From a virus (lineage: Duplodnaviria; Caudoviricetes): a stretch of 64,000 bases of DNA. Of the stretch, positions 56,338 to 64,000 are shown piece by piece; the stretch's first letter is position 1; every line of letters begins with the position of its first letter. The stretch lies in IMG/VR virus record IMGVR_UViG_3300023119_000004; one strand, 5' to 3'. Under the pieces are notes generated by a model that made no database searches, was not told where the DNA came from, and saw nothing but the letters and a program-made list of their open reading frames with translations. A program made the position numbers and the translations under genes.

Positions 56338-58573
56338 TGGTTACGACTTCTTTGCTTTTGATATTTAACAAGAATTCTCCATCTTTAATATCAATATTTA
56401 AGTCGCCACCGTTTTTAAGTTCACCAAACAACAATTTTTTAGATAGTGGTGTTTTAATCTGATCGTCAATAACACGTTGTAACGGTCTTGCACCCATCTT
56501 AGCATCGAACCCTTTGTCTACCAATAAGTCTATTGCTTCGTCTGTAATAGTTGTATTAACATTTTTCTCTTTTAACATATTTTTAAGATCAAGCAAGAAC
56601 TTGCCAACAATCTTAAGCATAGTATTTTTATCTAGTTTACCAAACAACATAATTCCGTCAAGTCTGTTACGGAACTCTGGAGGGAAAAACTTCTTAAGTT
56701 CTTTGTCTTCATATTCTTTTTCAAGAGTATCACCAAACCCAATTGAATTTTGTTCTGCTTCTTGTGAACCTAAGTTAGTTGTTAAAATAAGAACAACATT
56801 TCTACAGTCTGCTTGTTTACCATTAGATCCTGTAACAAATCCGTTGTCCATAATTTGTAATAGCAACGAACTTACATCAGGATGTGCCTTTTCAATCTCA
56901 TCTAATAGTAATACAGCATTAGGATTTTCTTGTAACTTAGTAATTAATAGTCCTGCGTTTTCTTCAAATCCCACATAACCTGGAGGTGAACCAATTAGTT
57001 TAGCAACTGAATGCTTTTCTTGATATTCTGACATATCAAAACGTATAAGTTTAACACCCAAGTTGTCTGCTAGTTGTTTTGCAGTTTCTGTTTTACCTAC
57101 ACCAGTTGGTCCCATAAACACAAACGAACCAATAGGTTTATTTTCTGTCTTAAGTCCTGCTTGGGCAACATGAATTTTATCAACAATGCTTTCTAACGAT
57201 GCATCTTGACCAAATACAACTGCTTTGAGGTTCTTTTCTAAGTTTGCAAGATTGCTTGTTTCTGTTTCAGCAATTTGCTCTTTAGGTAGGTCGACTGCTT
57301 TTGCAAGTTCAAATTGAATTTCTGCAACGTCAACAATTTTTTCTTCTGCTTTTTTCAATTTAAATCTTGAACAAGCACAATCAAGTAAGTCAATTGCTTT
57401 ATCTGGAAGTTTCTTATCACTTTGATATTTTACACTTAATTTAATAGCAGAGTCAACTGCTTCTTCTGTAATAACAACACCGTGAAATTCTTCGTAGTAT
57501 TTCTTAATACCTAGCAAAATACTCTTAGCAATTTCTTTACTTGGTTCGTCTACGGTTACTCTTGCAAATCTACGCATTAATGCACGATCTTTTTCAAAGT
57601 ACTTGCGATATTCTTCCCAAGTAGTTGATGCTACAACTTTAATATTTCCTTTTGTAAGAACAGGCTTTAACATATTAGCAAGATCGTTTGAACTTTGGCT
57701 TCCGCCAGCACCAGCACCACTAATCATATGTGCTTCATCGATAAACACAATAGTTTTGCCACGCTTCTTTAACCCAGCAATAACTAATTTAAAACGTTCT
57801 TCAAAGTCGCCTCGATATTTACTACCAGCCAACATACTACCAATGTCTAAATTATATACCGAATACTCTTTTAAGAATTCTGGTACAGCACCGTTTACAA
57901 TATTCCATGCAAGTCCTTCTGCAATAGCAGTTTTACCTACACCTGGATCACCTACAAGTAACACATTGTTTTTACTACGGCGACCTAGTGCAAGTGCAAT
58001 ACTTTCTAGTTCTTCGTGTCTGCCAATTACAGGATCAATTTTACCTGTTTCGGCATCTTTGTTTAAGTTAGTTGTGTATGAACGCAATGCTCTTGCCGCC
58101 ATACCTGCCATTTCCTCATCTTCAAATGACTGTTCAATTTCGTTATTCAAGTAATCTGCAAACTTCTCTTTTTCAATATCTGATTGTGCAATATAATAAT
58201 GTGCCCAAGATTTCTTTTCACTAAACATACTTAAAAATACATCTTGTATTTCAATAGTACTTCTTCCGCTAAACAATACTTGTGTAAATGCTCTGTTAAG
58301 AACACGCTCTACTGCTTGTGTCTTTTTAGGCTTGTATTTTTTATCAGCGGCTTCTCTAATAATATCTTCACATTTAGTTTTTAAATGATGTTCAACATTC
58401 TTTTTGAGATACTCAGGATCTGTTCCAAACCCGTTTACAATATTAACAAAACCGTCATCGCATAACATAGCAAACAACAAGTGCTCCAATGTTACATAGT
58501 CATGATTAAGTTTCTTAGCATCGTTAACTGCTTTGTCAAAAACTCCTTGTAAACTTTCGCTAGGTTCTACCAC
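56327..58573 (-). CDS. clpA: ATP-dependent Clp protease ATPase subunit ClpA
   Basis: Clp N-domain, GDPGVGKT and GPTGVGKT Walker A motifs, IDEAH/LDEIEK, IGF loop, MGARPL. Confidence 0.95.
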   Translation of the reverse strand: MVEPSESLQGVFDKAVNDAKKLNHDYVTLEHLLFAMLCDDGFVNIVNGFGTDPEYLKKNVEHHLKTKCEDIIREAADKKYKPKKTQAVERVLNRAFTQVLFSGRSTIEIQDVFLSMFSEKKSWAHYYIAQSDIEKEKFADYLNNEIEQSFEDEEMAGMAARALRSYTTNLNKDAETGKIDPVIGRHEELESIALALGRRSKNNVLLVGDPGVGKTAIAEGLAWNIVNGAVPEFLKEYSVYNLDIGSMLAGSKYRGDFEERFKLVIAGLKKRGKTIVFIDEAHMISGAGAGGSQSSNDLANMLKPVLTKGNIKVVASTTWEEYRKYFEKDRALMRRFARVTVDEPSKEIAKSILLGIKKYYEEFHGVVITEEAVDSAIKLSVKYQSDKKLPDKAIDLLDCACSRFKLKKAEEKIVDVAEIQFELAKAVDLPKEQIAETETSNLANLEKNLKAVVFGQDASLESIVDKIHVAQAGLKTENKPIGSFVFMGPTGVGKTETAKQLADNLGVKLIRFDMSEYQEKHSVAKLIGSPPGYVGFEENAGLLITKLQENPNAVLLLDEIEKAHPDVSSLLLQIMDNGFVTGSNGKQADCRNVVLILTTNLGSQEAEQNSIGFGDTLEKEYEDKELKKFFPPEFRNRLDGIMLFGKLDKNTMLKIVGKFLLDLKNMLKEKNVNTTITDEAIDLLVDKGFDAKMGARPLQRVIDDQIKTPLSKKLLFGELKNGGDLNIDIKDGEFLLNIKSKEVVTNEV

Positions 58574-59094
58574 TATACATTACTCCTACTAAATTTCTTT
58601 ATTAATTTTTGTTGTTTCTTCTTAGCCAAATCAAGTTTTAGTTTGCTTACTCTGTCAATATAATTAATTCCATATAGATGATCATATTCATGACCAAAGA
58701 TTCTTGCATTCCAACCTGTTAATTCTATTGTACACTCTTTTCCGCTAGAGTCAAGACACTCTGTTACCAAACCAAATGGTCGTTTTACTTTTAGATATAG
58801 TAAAGGAAAACTTAAACAGCCTTCTTCACCTTCAATCATCTCTTCGGACACGGCTGTAATTTTAGGATTAATAATTGCAAAAGGTTTTTCATCTTCGTAA
58901 CCTTTTAATCCTGTTGGTTTAATAATAAAGATTTGTCCGTTAAACTCGACCTGATTAGCCGCCAAACCTACACCCTGATGCTTTTCCATAATTTCAATCA
59001 TATCTTTTTCAATTTGTTTAGCATCTTGTGTTTCGAAGTCAAAAGGATCAACCCTTTTCTCTAAGAAATCATTAGGATAAGTTATCAGTTTCAT
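58573..59094 (-). CDS. def: Peptide deformylase
   Basis: GVGLAANQ, EGCLS, HEYDHL. Confidence 0.95.
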   Translation of the reverse strand: MKLITYPNDFLEKRVDPFDFETQDAKQIEKDMIEIMEKHQGVGLAANQVEFNGQIFIIKPTGLKGYEDEKPFAIINPKITAVSEEMIEGEEGCLSFPLLYLKVKRPFGLVTECLDSSGKECTIELTGWNARIFGHEYDHLYGINYIDRVSKLKLDLAKKKQQKLIKKFSRSNV

Positions 59095-59923
59095 TCTTAA
59101 TCTTTCTCAATTGTTCAATAATGTCAGTATCTTGTATCTTAGGAGTATCACCATAAATCTTAACAAATAGGTTACCAGTTTGCCCAGTACGTCTATCCGG
59201 AAGACCCTGTCCGTGCATACTAAAAGTTGTTCCACTATTAGTTCCAGGAGGTATTTTTAAACTTACTTCTTTGCCTTGGATAGTACGTATGTGTATACTA
59301 GAACCAATCATAAGATCAAAAACATTTACTCTCTCGTCTACATATAAATTTATGCCATCTACGGTATAACGTGGGTGCCTTCTGACTCTTACAATTACAA
59401 ATAAATCACCTCTAGGAGCATTAGGAATTTGGTCGCCGCCCATTCCGGAATATCGTATTTTATCTCCTGGTCTTACGCCTGACGGTAATGTAACATTTAC
59501 ACTTTGTTCTTTACCACTAGGTAGTCTATACGTAATTAAAAAGTCTTTACCAAACACAATATCTTCAATATCAATATCTGCGGCCAATGTAATATCTTGG
59601 TTACGCATTTGTCTTTGTCCAAATGGTGAACGATGTCCAAAAAATGAACCAAAAATATCTTCCATATCACTAGCATTGAAATGAAAACTCGAACCACCAT
59701 GCCCTCTTGCGTGTGCCTGTTGAGGATCAGCAGTTCCGTATTGATCATACATACGTTTCTTTTCAGGATTACTTAGTGTTTGGTATGCTTCGTTTAACTG
59801 TGTAAACAATTTATGATCACCACCCTTATCGGGGTGCTGAGTCGCCGCCTTTTTTCTAAAGGCAGTTTTAATTTCTTTTTCGGATGCGTTTCGTGAGACG
59901 CCTAATAATTCATAATAATCCAT
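59072..59923 (-). CDS. dnaJ: DnaJ/CbpA-type J-domain chaperone (no zinc finger)
   Basis: DYYELLGV, HPD, G/F-rich linker, GDLFV C-terminal domains. Confidence 0.92.
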   Translation of the reverse strand: MDYYELLGVSRNASEKEIKTAFRKKAATQHPDKGGDHKLFTQLNEAYQTLSNPEKKRMYDQYGTADPQQAHARGHGGSSFHFNASDMEDIFGSFFGHRSPFGQRQMRNQDITLAADIDIEDIVFGKDFLITYRLPSGKEQSVNVTLPSGVRPGDKIRYSGMGGDQIPNAPRGDLFVIVRVRRHPRYTVDGINLYVDERVNVFDLMIGSSIHIRTIQGKEVSLKIPPGTNSGTTFSMHGQGLPDRRTGQTGNLFVKIYGDTPKIQDTDIIEQLRKIKNETDNLS

Positions 59924-59929
59924 AGTACT

Positions 59930-59958
59930 ATTATATACTTAGTTTAGGCGAAAGTCAA
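59930..59958 (-). promoter_or_regulatory. sigma70-type promoter giving a leaderless dnaJ-def-clpA transcript
   Basis: TTGACT-N17-TATAAT-N6-ATG. Confidence 0.75.
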
Positions 59959-59961
59959 CGG

Positions 59962-60285
59962 CTACTTGTCTGACTTTTTACTCGAACCTGTATAAAGACC
60001 GAACCAAGCCGCACCAGCACCAACTACAATACTAACCAACCCTGATTGTTCCATAGTAGGATTTGGAAGTGCCATATACCAAACTACAACTTTGTATAAT
60101 AAAATAATATATGTTGAAATAAAGAATCTTGGGAAAATTCTCCAACTATCAACGGCACGTGCCATATGAATCCATTTTGCGTATGGATTAACTCCTAAGT
60201 CTTTTGCTGAAGCATCAACTTCTAACTCAAGATTAACTTTCTTTTTATGTTCTGTACTTTGAACTTTTACTTCTGTATCAGCCAT
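59962..60285 (-). CDS. Two-TM membrane protein, holin candidate
   Basis: Two hydrophobic helices, basic C-terminus; at the end of the lysis cassette. Confidence 0.45.
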   Translation of the reverse strand: MADTEVKVQSTEHKKKVNLELEVDASAKDLGVNPYAKWIHMARAVDSWRIFPRFFISTYIILLYKVVVWYMALPNPTMEQSGLVSIVVGAGAAWFGLYTGSSKKSDK

Positions 60286-60566
60286 TATTTTTTACCCTCT
60301 AATTTTCTGATTCGAGATTCTAACTCGTCAATCTTCTTAGTAACATGGGGATATTTTGTACGCCAAGCATTAGGATCGTTTTGTAACCAAGTCCAGCCCC
60401 AACGATTAACTAGATATTCAAGAGTGGCATCAAATTTACCTACCGCCCATATTGCCATTTTTGTGTCTTTAAACCAGAACAAAAATGCGGCACCAAATAA
60501 AGATCCTGCTAAGGCTGTGTAAATCCACAGTCTATCGGATGCCATTCTTTCTATCATTTCCCACAT
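60285..60566 (-). CDS. Single-TM membrane protein (holin/antiholin candidate)
   Basis: N-terminal TM, C-terminal coiled coil; late motif AATAAATA at 60594-60601. Confidence 0.45.
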   Translation of the reverse strand: MWEMIERMASDRLWIYTALAGSLFGAAFLFWFKDTKMAIWAVGKFDATLEYLVNRWGWTWLQNDPNAWRTKYPHVTKKIDELESRIRKLEGKK

Positions 60567-60599
60567 ATAAATCCCTCGTTTTGTTTATATGTGTATTTA

Positions 60600-60764
60600 T
60601 TAGAAATTACAGCGAATTTCGCCTTTGGGTATTACTTTTTCTTGGATGGTTTCGCCCTTGCTAATGTTTATATCAGCGCCAGGGTGTGCGGTACAATTAG
60701 ATCTAGCAGAACAACTACTGACTATCAGTGCCGTCAGTAGCAGTATCGCCTTCGTAATAGTCAC
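60600..60764 (-). CDS. 54-aa lipoprotein (not in ORF track)
   Basis: GTG start; MTITKAILLLTALIVSS-C lipobox; overlaps the 3' end of the o-spanin gene. Confidence 0.6.
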   Translation of the reverse strand: MTITKAILLLTALIVSSCSARSNCTAHPGADINISKGETIQEKVIPKGEIRCNF

Positions 60765-61107
60765 GATATTTCTCTATAATCAATTGTTGCTGTATCATGT
60801 ACGCACGAATTTGTGCAAAGTTTTTAGCAAGTGTTTCGTAGTCGTCATCGCTTAAACCAAACAGCACAGGATCTTTACCTTGCTCTTTCATTTTAGCAAA
60901 CACTTCTTCTGCATTGTTGCTGTGTATGATAATGAACTTTAGTTCTTCCATTTTTGGAGTCGCAGGATTCTCTAGATTCAGAGGTGCTCTTTTAACCTCA
61001 GTCTTGAAAATATCTAACTTGGATACCGTACTACAACTAGTAAGGAACGTAGTTAGGATTAGCAAGGCTAGGACATTCTGAATTGATTTCAGACTTCTTA
61101 GTTGCAT
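60715..61107 (-). CDS. Outer-membrane spanin (Rz1-like lipoprotein)
   Basis: Signal peptide with LTS-C lipobox; overlaps the i-spanin 3' end. Confidence 0.7.
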   Translation of the reverse strand: MQLRSLKSIQNVLALLILTTFLTSCSTVSKLDIFKTEVKRAPLNLENPATPKMEELKFIIIHSNNAEEVFAKMKEQGKDPVLFGLSDDDYETLAKNFAQIRAYMIQQQLIIEKYRDYYEGDTATDGTDSQ

Positions 61108-61522
61108 TTCGCTCTTTCTCCGTTAATGGACTGCCCATGGCAATCTCTACACATCTCATTGCTTTCTTAGATGCATTGTTTATAATACGTTCTACTGCAC
61201 GATCTTTATCAATGGCAAGTTTGCCGATATCTCTAACTTCACCTTTGCCATTAATTTTGTTAAAACGTTCATCAAGCGATTTAAATTCTGCTTGTAGAAC
61301 TCTATTTTTCTCTTCAAGTTCTTTATTTGCGGCTAGTATAGCAGTAAAATCTTTTTGCTGTTGTTCTATAACTGCTTTTTGGTCTGCTACACTTTCTTGT
61401 AATTTAGCATTGTTGGCTTCACTAATAGCAAGATCACTTTTAAGTGTTTTTACATACATAAAACCACCGCCGGCACCTGCCAACATAAACAATACTAACG
61501 CAATTTTAATTGAACTAAACAT
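61037..61522 (-). CDS. Inner-membrane spanin (Rz-like; start refined to MFSSIK at 61522)
   Basis: N-terminal TM, long coiled coil, two C-terminal Cys. Confidence 0.7.
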   Translation of the reverse strand: MFSSIKIALVLFMLAGAGGGFMYVKTLKSDLAISEANNAKLQESVADQKAVIEQQQKDFTAILAANKELEEKNRVLQAEFKSLDERFNKINGKGEVRDIGKLAIDKDRAVERIINNASKKAMRCVEIAMGSPLTEKERNATKKSEINSECPSLANPNYVPY

Positions 61523-61649
61523 TTTCTTCCTCTGTATAACGCGGTTGTTCGCAAACAACTATGTCGATAGGCTTATTGTCACCATCTGTGAAAGTTTCAA
61601 TTAGCCTACCTTCGTGTTCTCTACCGCAGTTTAAACAGGTTTGACTCAT
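61515..61649 (-). CDS. 44-aa CxxC protein (not in ORF track)
   Basis: MSQTCLNCGREH...VVCEQP; ATGA overlap with the endolysin stop. Confidence 0.55.
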   Translation of the reverse strand: MSQTCLNCGREHEGRLIETFTDGDNKPIDIVVCEQPRYTEEENV

Positions 61650-62158
61650 ACCATTTTAAGTGCGAGTTCAGTAGTTTCTGTTACTCTGCGAGTCCATCCT
61701 CTACCGAAAGTTTCAAAAGTACTTAATTGTTCATAGTATGATTGACGTGCTTCTTGGAAATTTTTAATAGCAGTCTCAACACCTTCTGAATCAACATAAG
61801 TTGCTAATGCTTTTAATGTATTTGGACCAATACCGCCGTCAGCAACAGTACCAATCATACGTTGTAAGTACTTTGCAGAACGACCAGTGCCTGCATTGAC
61901 ACCAAAGTCAAATACACATAAGTCAAGACCTGCTGGAATGTCATCGCACTTCATACGGTCCCAATAATTTTTTCTGTAAATGGGAGCAACATCTTCAACT
62001 AAAAGATCTTTCATGTCTTTAGTTCCGCCCCATTCTTCGTAAACCCTTTTTGTAACACCTAAGTTAGTTTCCCCACCTGGATCTTTCGGATGGTTTACAT
62101 ATCCGCCTTCGTGATGAAGGATGGTTTCTAAACACTTATCGTAGTTTTCACTTGCCAT
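61646..62158 (-). CDS. Endolysin, glycoside hydrolase family 108 + PG-binding domain
   Basis: HEGGYVNHPKDPGGETNLGVT, FDFGVNAG, DGGIGP, FGRGW. Confidence 0.92.
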   Translation of the reverse strand: MASENYDKCLETILHHEGGYVNHPKDPGGETNLGVTKRVYEEWGGTKDMKDLLVEDVAPIYRKNYWDRMKCDDIPAGLDLCVFDFGVNAGTGRSAKYLQRMIGTVADGGIGPNTLKALATYVDSEGVETAIKNFQEARQSYYEQLSTFETFGRGWTRRVTETTELALKMV

Positions 62159-62170
62159 ATTTTAATAATC

Positions 62171-62887
62171 CTATCTTTTTGTTAACACTAATGAATAATC
62201 ATTGTGTTCGATTAGAAACTTATCACCGTATTTTTCGATATCAAAGTCTCCAATATATTTAGTTAGGAAAACTATTTCAGGAAAAGAATTGATATTGTAT
62301 GACTCGGTAACTGTTTTATTAACATCTGATGATTTACCAAAATCTACAATATTAAATTTTAATGTATCAGCATATTGCTTCTTCATTATAAGGATAGTTT
62401 CGTTGATAATATCAATGCTATCAACATAACTTTTGCTAAAGAAGTTTTTAACATTATCCATATTACTTTCGTTAACTTTAACTTCATAAGCATCTTTGTC
62501 TAACGGAATAGTTTCACCTAATTGCTCTTCTGATGAAGGCAAACTTTTAAAACTCTTATAATATCTAAACTTCATATCTTCAATGCCTGATACTTTTTTC
62601 ACACCGTCAATAATTTCTAAAATTTGTGCAGGAACATCTTTCATTCTTTCTAGTTCAACAAACACTTTATAAGTACCATCGCTTTGTTCACCTGATGTAA
62701 CATCAGCATCTAGTACAAATGGATATCCTTTTTCAATAAAGTTCATTAAATCTCTGCCTGAAGTTTCAGTCATAGTGGAAAAACTTAGGACAACAATATC
62801 TTTATCTTCTCCCATCTTAGATTTAAATGAATCAATTTCGTAAATTCTGTAAACTAGATCTTTAAGATCGTCTGCTCTTAGTCCCAT
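62171..62887 (-). CDS. Hypothetical phage protein
   Basis: Packed ORF. Confidence 0.65.
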   Translation of the reverse strand: MGLRADDLKDLVYRIYEIDSFKSKMGEDKDIVVLSFSTMTETSGRDLMNFIEKGYPFVLDADVTSGEQSDGTYKVFVELERMKDVPAQILEIIDGVKKVSGIEDMKFRYYKSFKSLPSSEEQLGETIPLDKDAYEVKVNESNMDNVKNFFSKSYVDSIDIINETILIMKKQYADTLKFNIVDFGKSSDVNKTVTESYNINSFPEIVFLTKYIGDFDIEKYGDKFLIEHNDYSLVLTKR

Positions 62888-63405
62888 TATAAGCCACCTT
62901 CTGCCGCAACGTCTGCTTCTTGTGGAGCCGCCGCATCGCCACCTGGATTAGTTTCAGCAACTGCTGGTTCTTTTAAGTAATCTAGTTGTTCTGCGTAACC
63001 ACTGTAGATGTTAAGAATTAATTCTTTAGGCATTTTAATTTTAACAACCCAAATAGGATGTCTATCTAGTTTTCCTTTTTTAGTACCAGGACGAACATCG
63101 TCTGGTTCTTTAATTTTTCTTGGTTTAATAATCTGTGTTTTTTCGTATGATACTTGACAATCATAATCTAGTAAACGTTTACCACCTTGTGGATCAGGCA
63201 TTCTATCTCTAGGCCACATAAACGAGCAACTAACCCAATGTCTTTCAATATCAGGACCTGAAACTAATTCACCGTCCTCCCAATTATCATATACATATAG
63301 GTCTAGTTCATCTAAAACTCTTTCAAAGTCTTTTAAAACTGAAAGAGCAGAATCACTATCGTAAATGTTTTCAATATTTTTAACTAGATCTAAAACGTCA
63401 TACAT
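62887..63405 (-). CDS. Hypothetical phage protein
   Basis: SD AGGTGA; late motif GATAAATA at 63433-63440. Confidence 0.65.
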   Translation of the reverse strand: MYDVLDLVKNIENIYDSDSALSVLKDFERVLDELDLYVYDNWEDGELVSGPDIERHWVSCSFMWPRDRMPDPQGGKRLLDYDCQVSYEKTQIIKPRKIKEPDDVRPGTKKGKLDRHPIWVVKIKMPKELILNIYSGYAEQLDYLKEPAVAETNPGGDAAAPQEADVAAEGGL

Positions 63406-63575
63406 ATTATTATCACCTATGCTTTATATACTTATTTATCCGGTTTGCGTTTATAAGTATGCAGTTTTGTCTCTGCAAAATCGACTAAATATTTTTAGTA
63501 AGCACTAAAACAAGTGTGTTTACGGACATACTAAGTGCCTACTATGACTACTTATAACTCATGAAGGAGGACTTA

Positions 63576-64000
63576 ATGGGTGCAAAAAGAGCCAAACGGC
63601 AAAACTACTCTAATAACGGTTCAAATGTTATTAGTTTTAATCAATCTAAAAAACAAGTTAACATACTTCCAAGAAATAAATCACAAGAAACATATATGCT
63701 AAAACTGTTGGATAACAAGAAGGACATAGTCTTCGGTGTAGGTCCAGCGGGAACCGGTAAAACGCTTCTAGCAGTACAGGTGGCTATTAAAGCATTTAAA
63801 GAAGGAGTTGTTGACAAGATTGTAATCACGAGGCCAGCAGTTTCTGTTGATGAAGATTTAGGGTTTTTACCAGGATCAATGGAAGAAAAAATGGCACCGT
63901 GGACCCGACCGATCTTTGATGTATTAAAGGAGTACTATAATAAGAAAGAAATAGAAAATATGATTTACGATGGTGTTGTAGAAATTGCACCACTAAGTTA
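63576..64000 (+). CDS. phoH: PhoH-like ATPase, 3'-truncated (not in ORF track)
   Basis: SD AAGGAGG; GPAGTGKT, ITRPAV, LGFLPG. Confidence 0.92.
   Translation, partial: MGAKRAKRQNYSNNGSNVISFNQSKKQVNILPRNKSQETYMLKLLDNKKDIVFGVGPAGTGKTLLAVQVAIKAFKEGVVDKIVITRPAVSVDEDLGFLPGSMEEKMAPWTRPIFDVLKEYYNKKEIENMIYDGVVEIAPLS

Noticed and set aside
56514-58154. 154- and 183-aa plus-strand ORFs
   Set aside because: Antisense shadows of clpA
61083-61604. 173-aa plus-strand ORF
   Set aside because: Antisense shadow of the i-spanin coiled coil
1-64000. tRNA, rRNA, CRISPR arrays, introns/inteins, stop-codon reassignment
   Set aside because: No cloverleaf or repeat-spacer pattern recognised; polB and clpA are normal length; genes pack tightly under the standard code

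Overview
This window is a fragment of a large, AT-rich dsDNA tailed phage (T4-like/jumbo myovirus-like) infecting a Gram-negative bacterium. Evidence: family B DNA polymerase, sliding clamp, RNase H-like exonuclease, DsbA-like protein, T4-type late-promoter motifs, GH108 endolysin with overlapping spanins, and PhoH. It has four blocks. (1) 1-18.8 kb: a mixed-orientation enzyme island with five radical SAM/SPASM-type genes, six AspH-like 2OG-Fe(II) oxygenases, a flavin halogenase homologue, a minimal adenylation enzyme, kinase, phosphatase, SDR, two methyltransferase-like paralogues and three propeller-repeat proteins, abutting a tail-fibre gene. (2) 20-48 kb: MoxR/VWA pair, replication genes and a 7-deazaguanine DNA-modification locus (folE, queE, QueD-like dpdL candidate, TGT-fold dpdA) interleaved with a glycosyltransferase, PRTase, HIT, epimerase and an MBD4-like glycosylase. 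(3) 48.6-55.7 kb: late genes whose products carry T4-like capsid-targeting leaders and recurrent hydrophobic-x-Glu sites, suggesting protease-processed internal head cargo. (4) 56-64 kb: clpA-def-dnaJ, a lysis cassette with two unannotated small ORFs, and a partial phoH. No tRNA, rRNA, CRISPR array, intron or intein was recognised. All functional calls come from motifs read by eye and recalled family knowledge; no database search was run.
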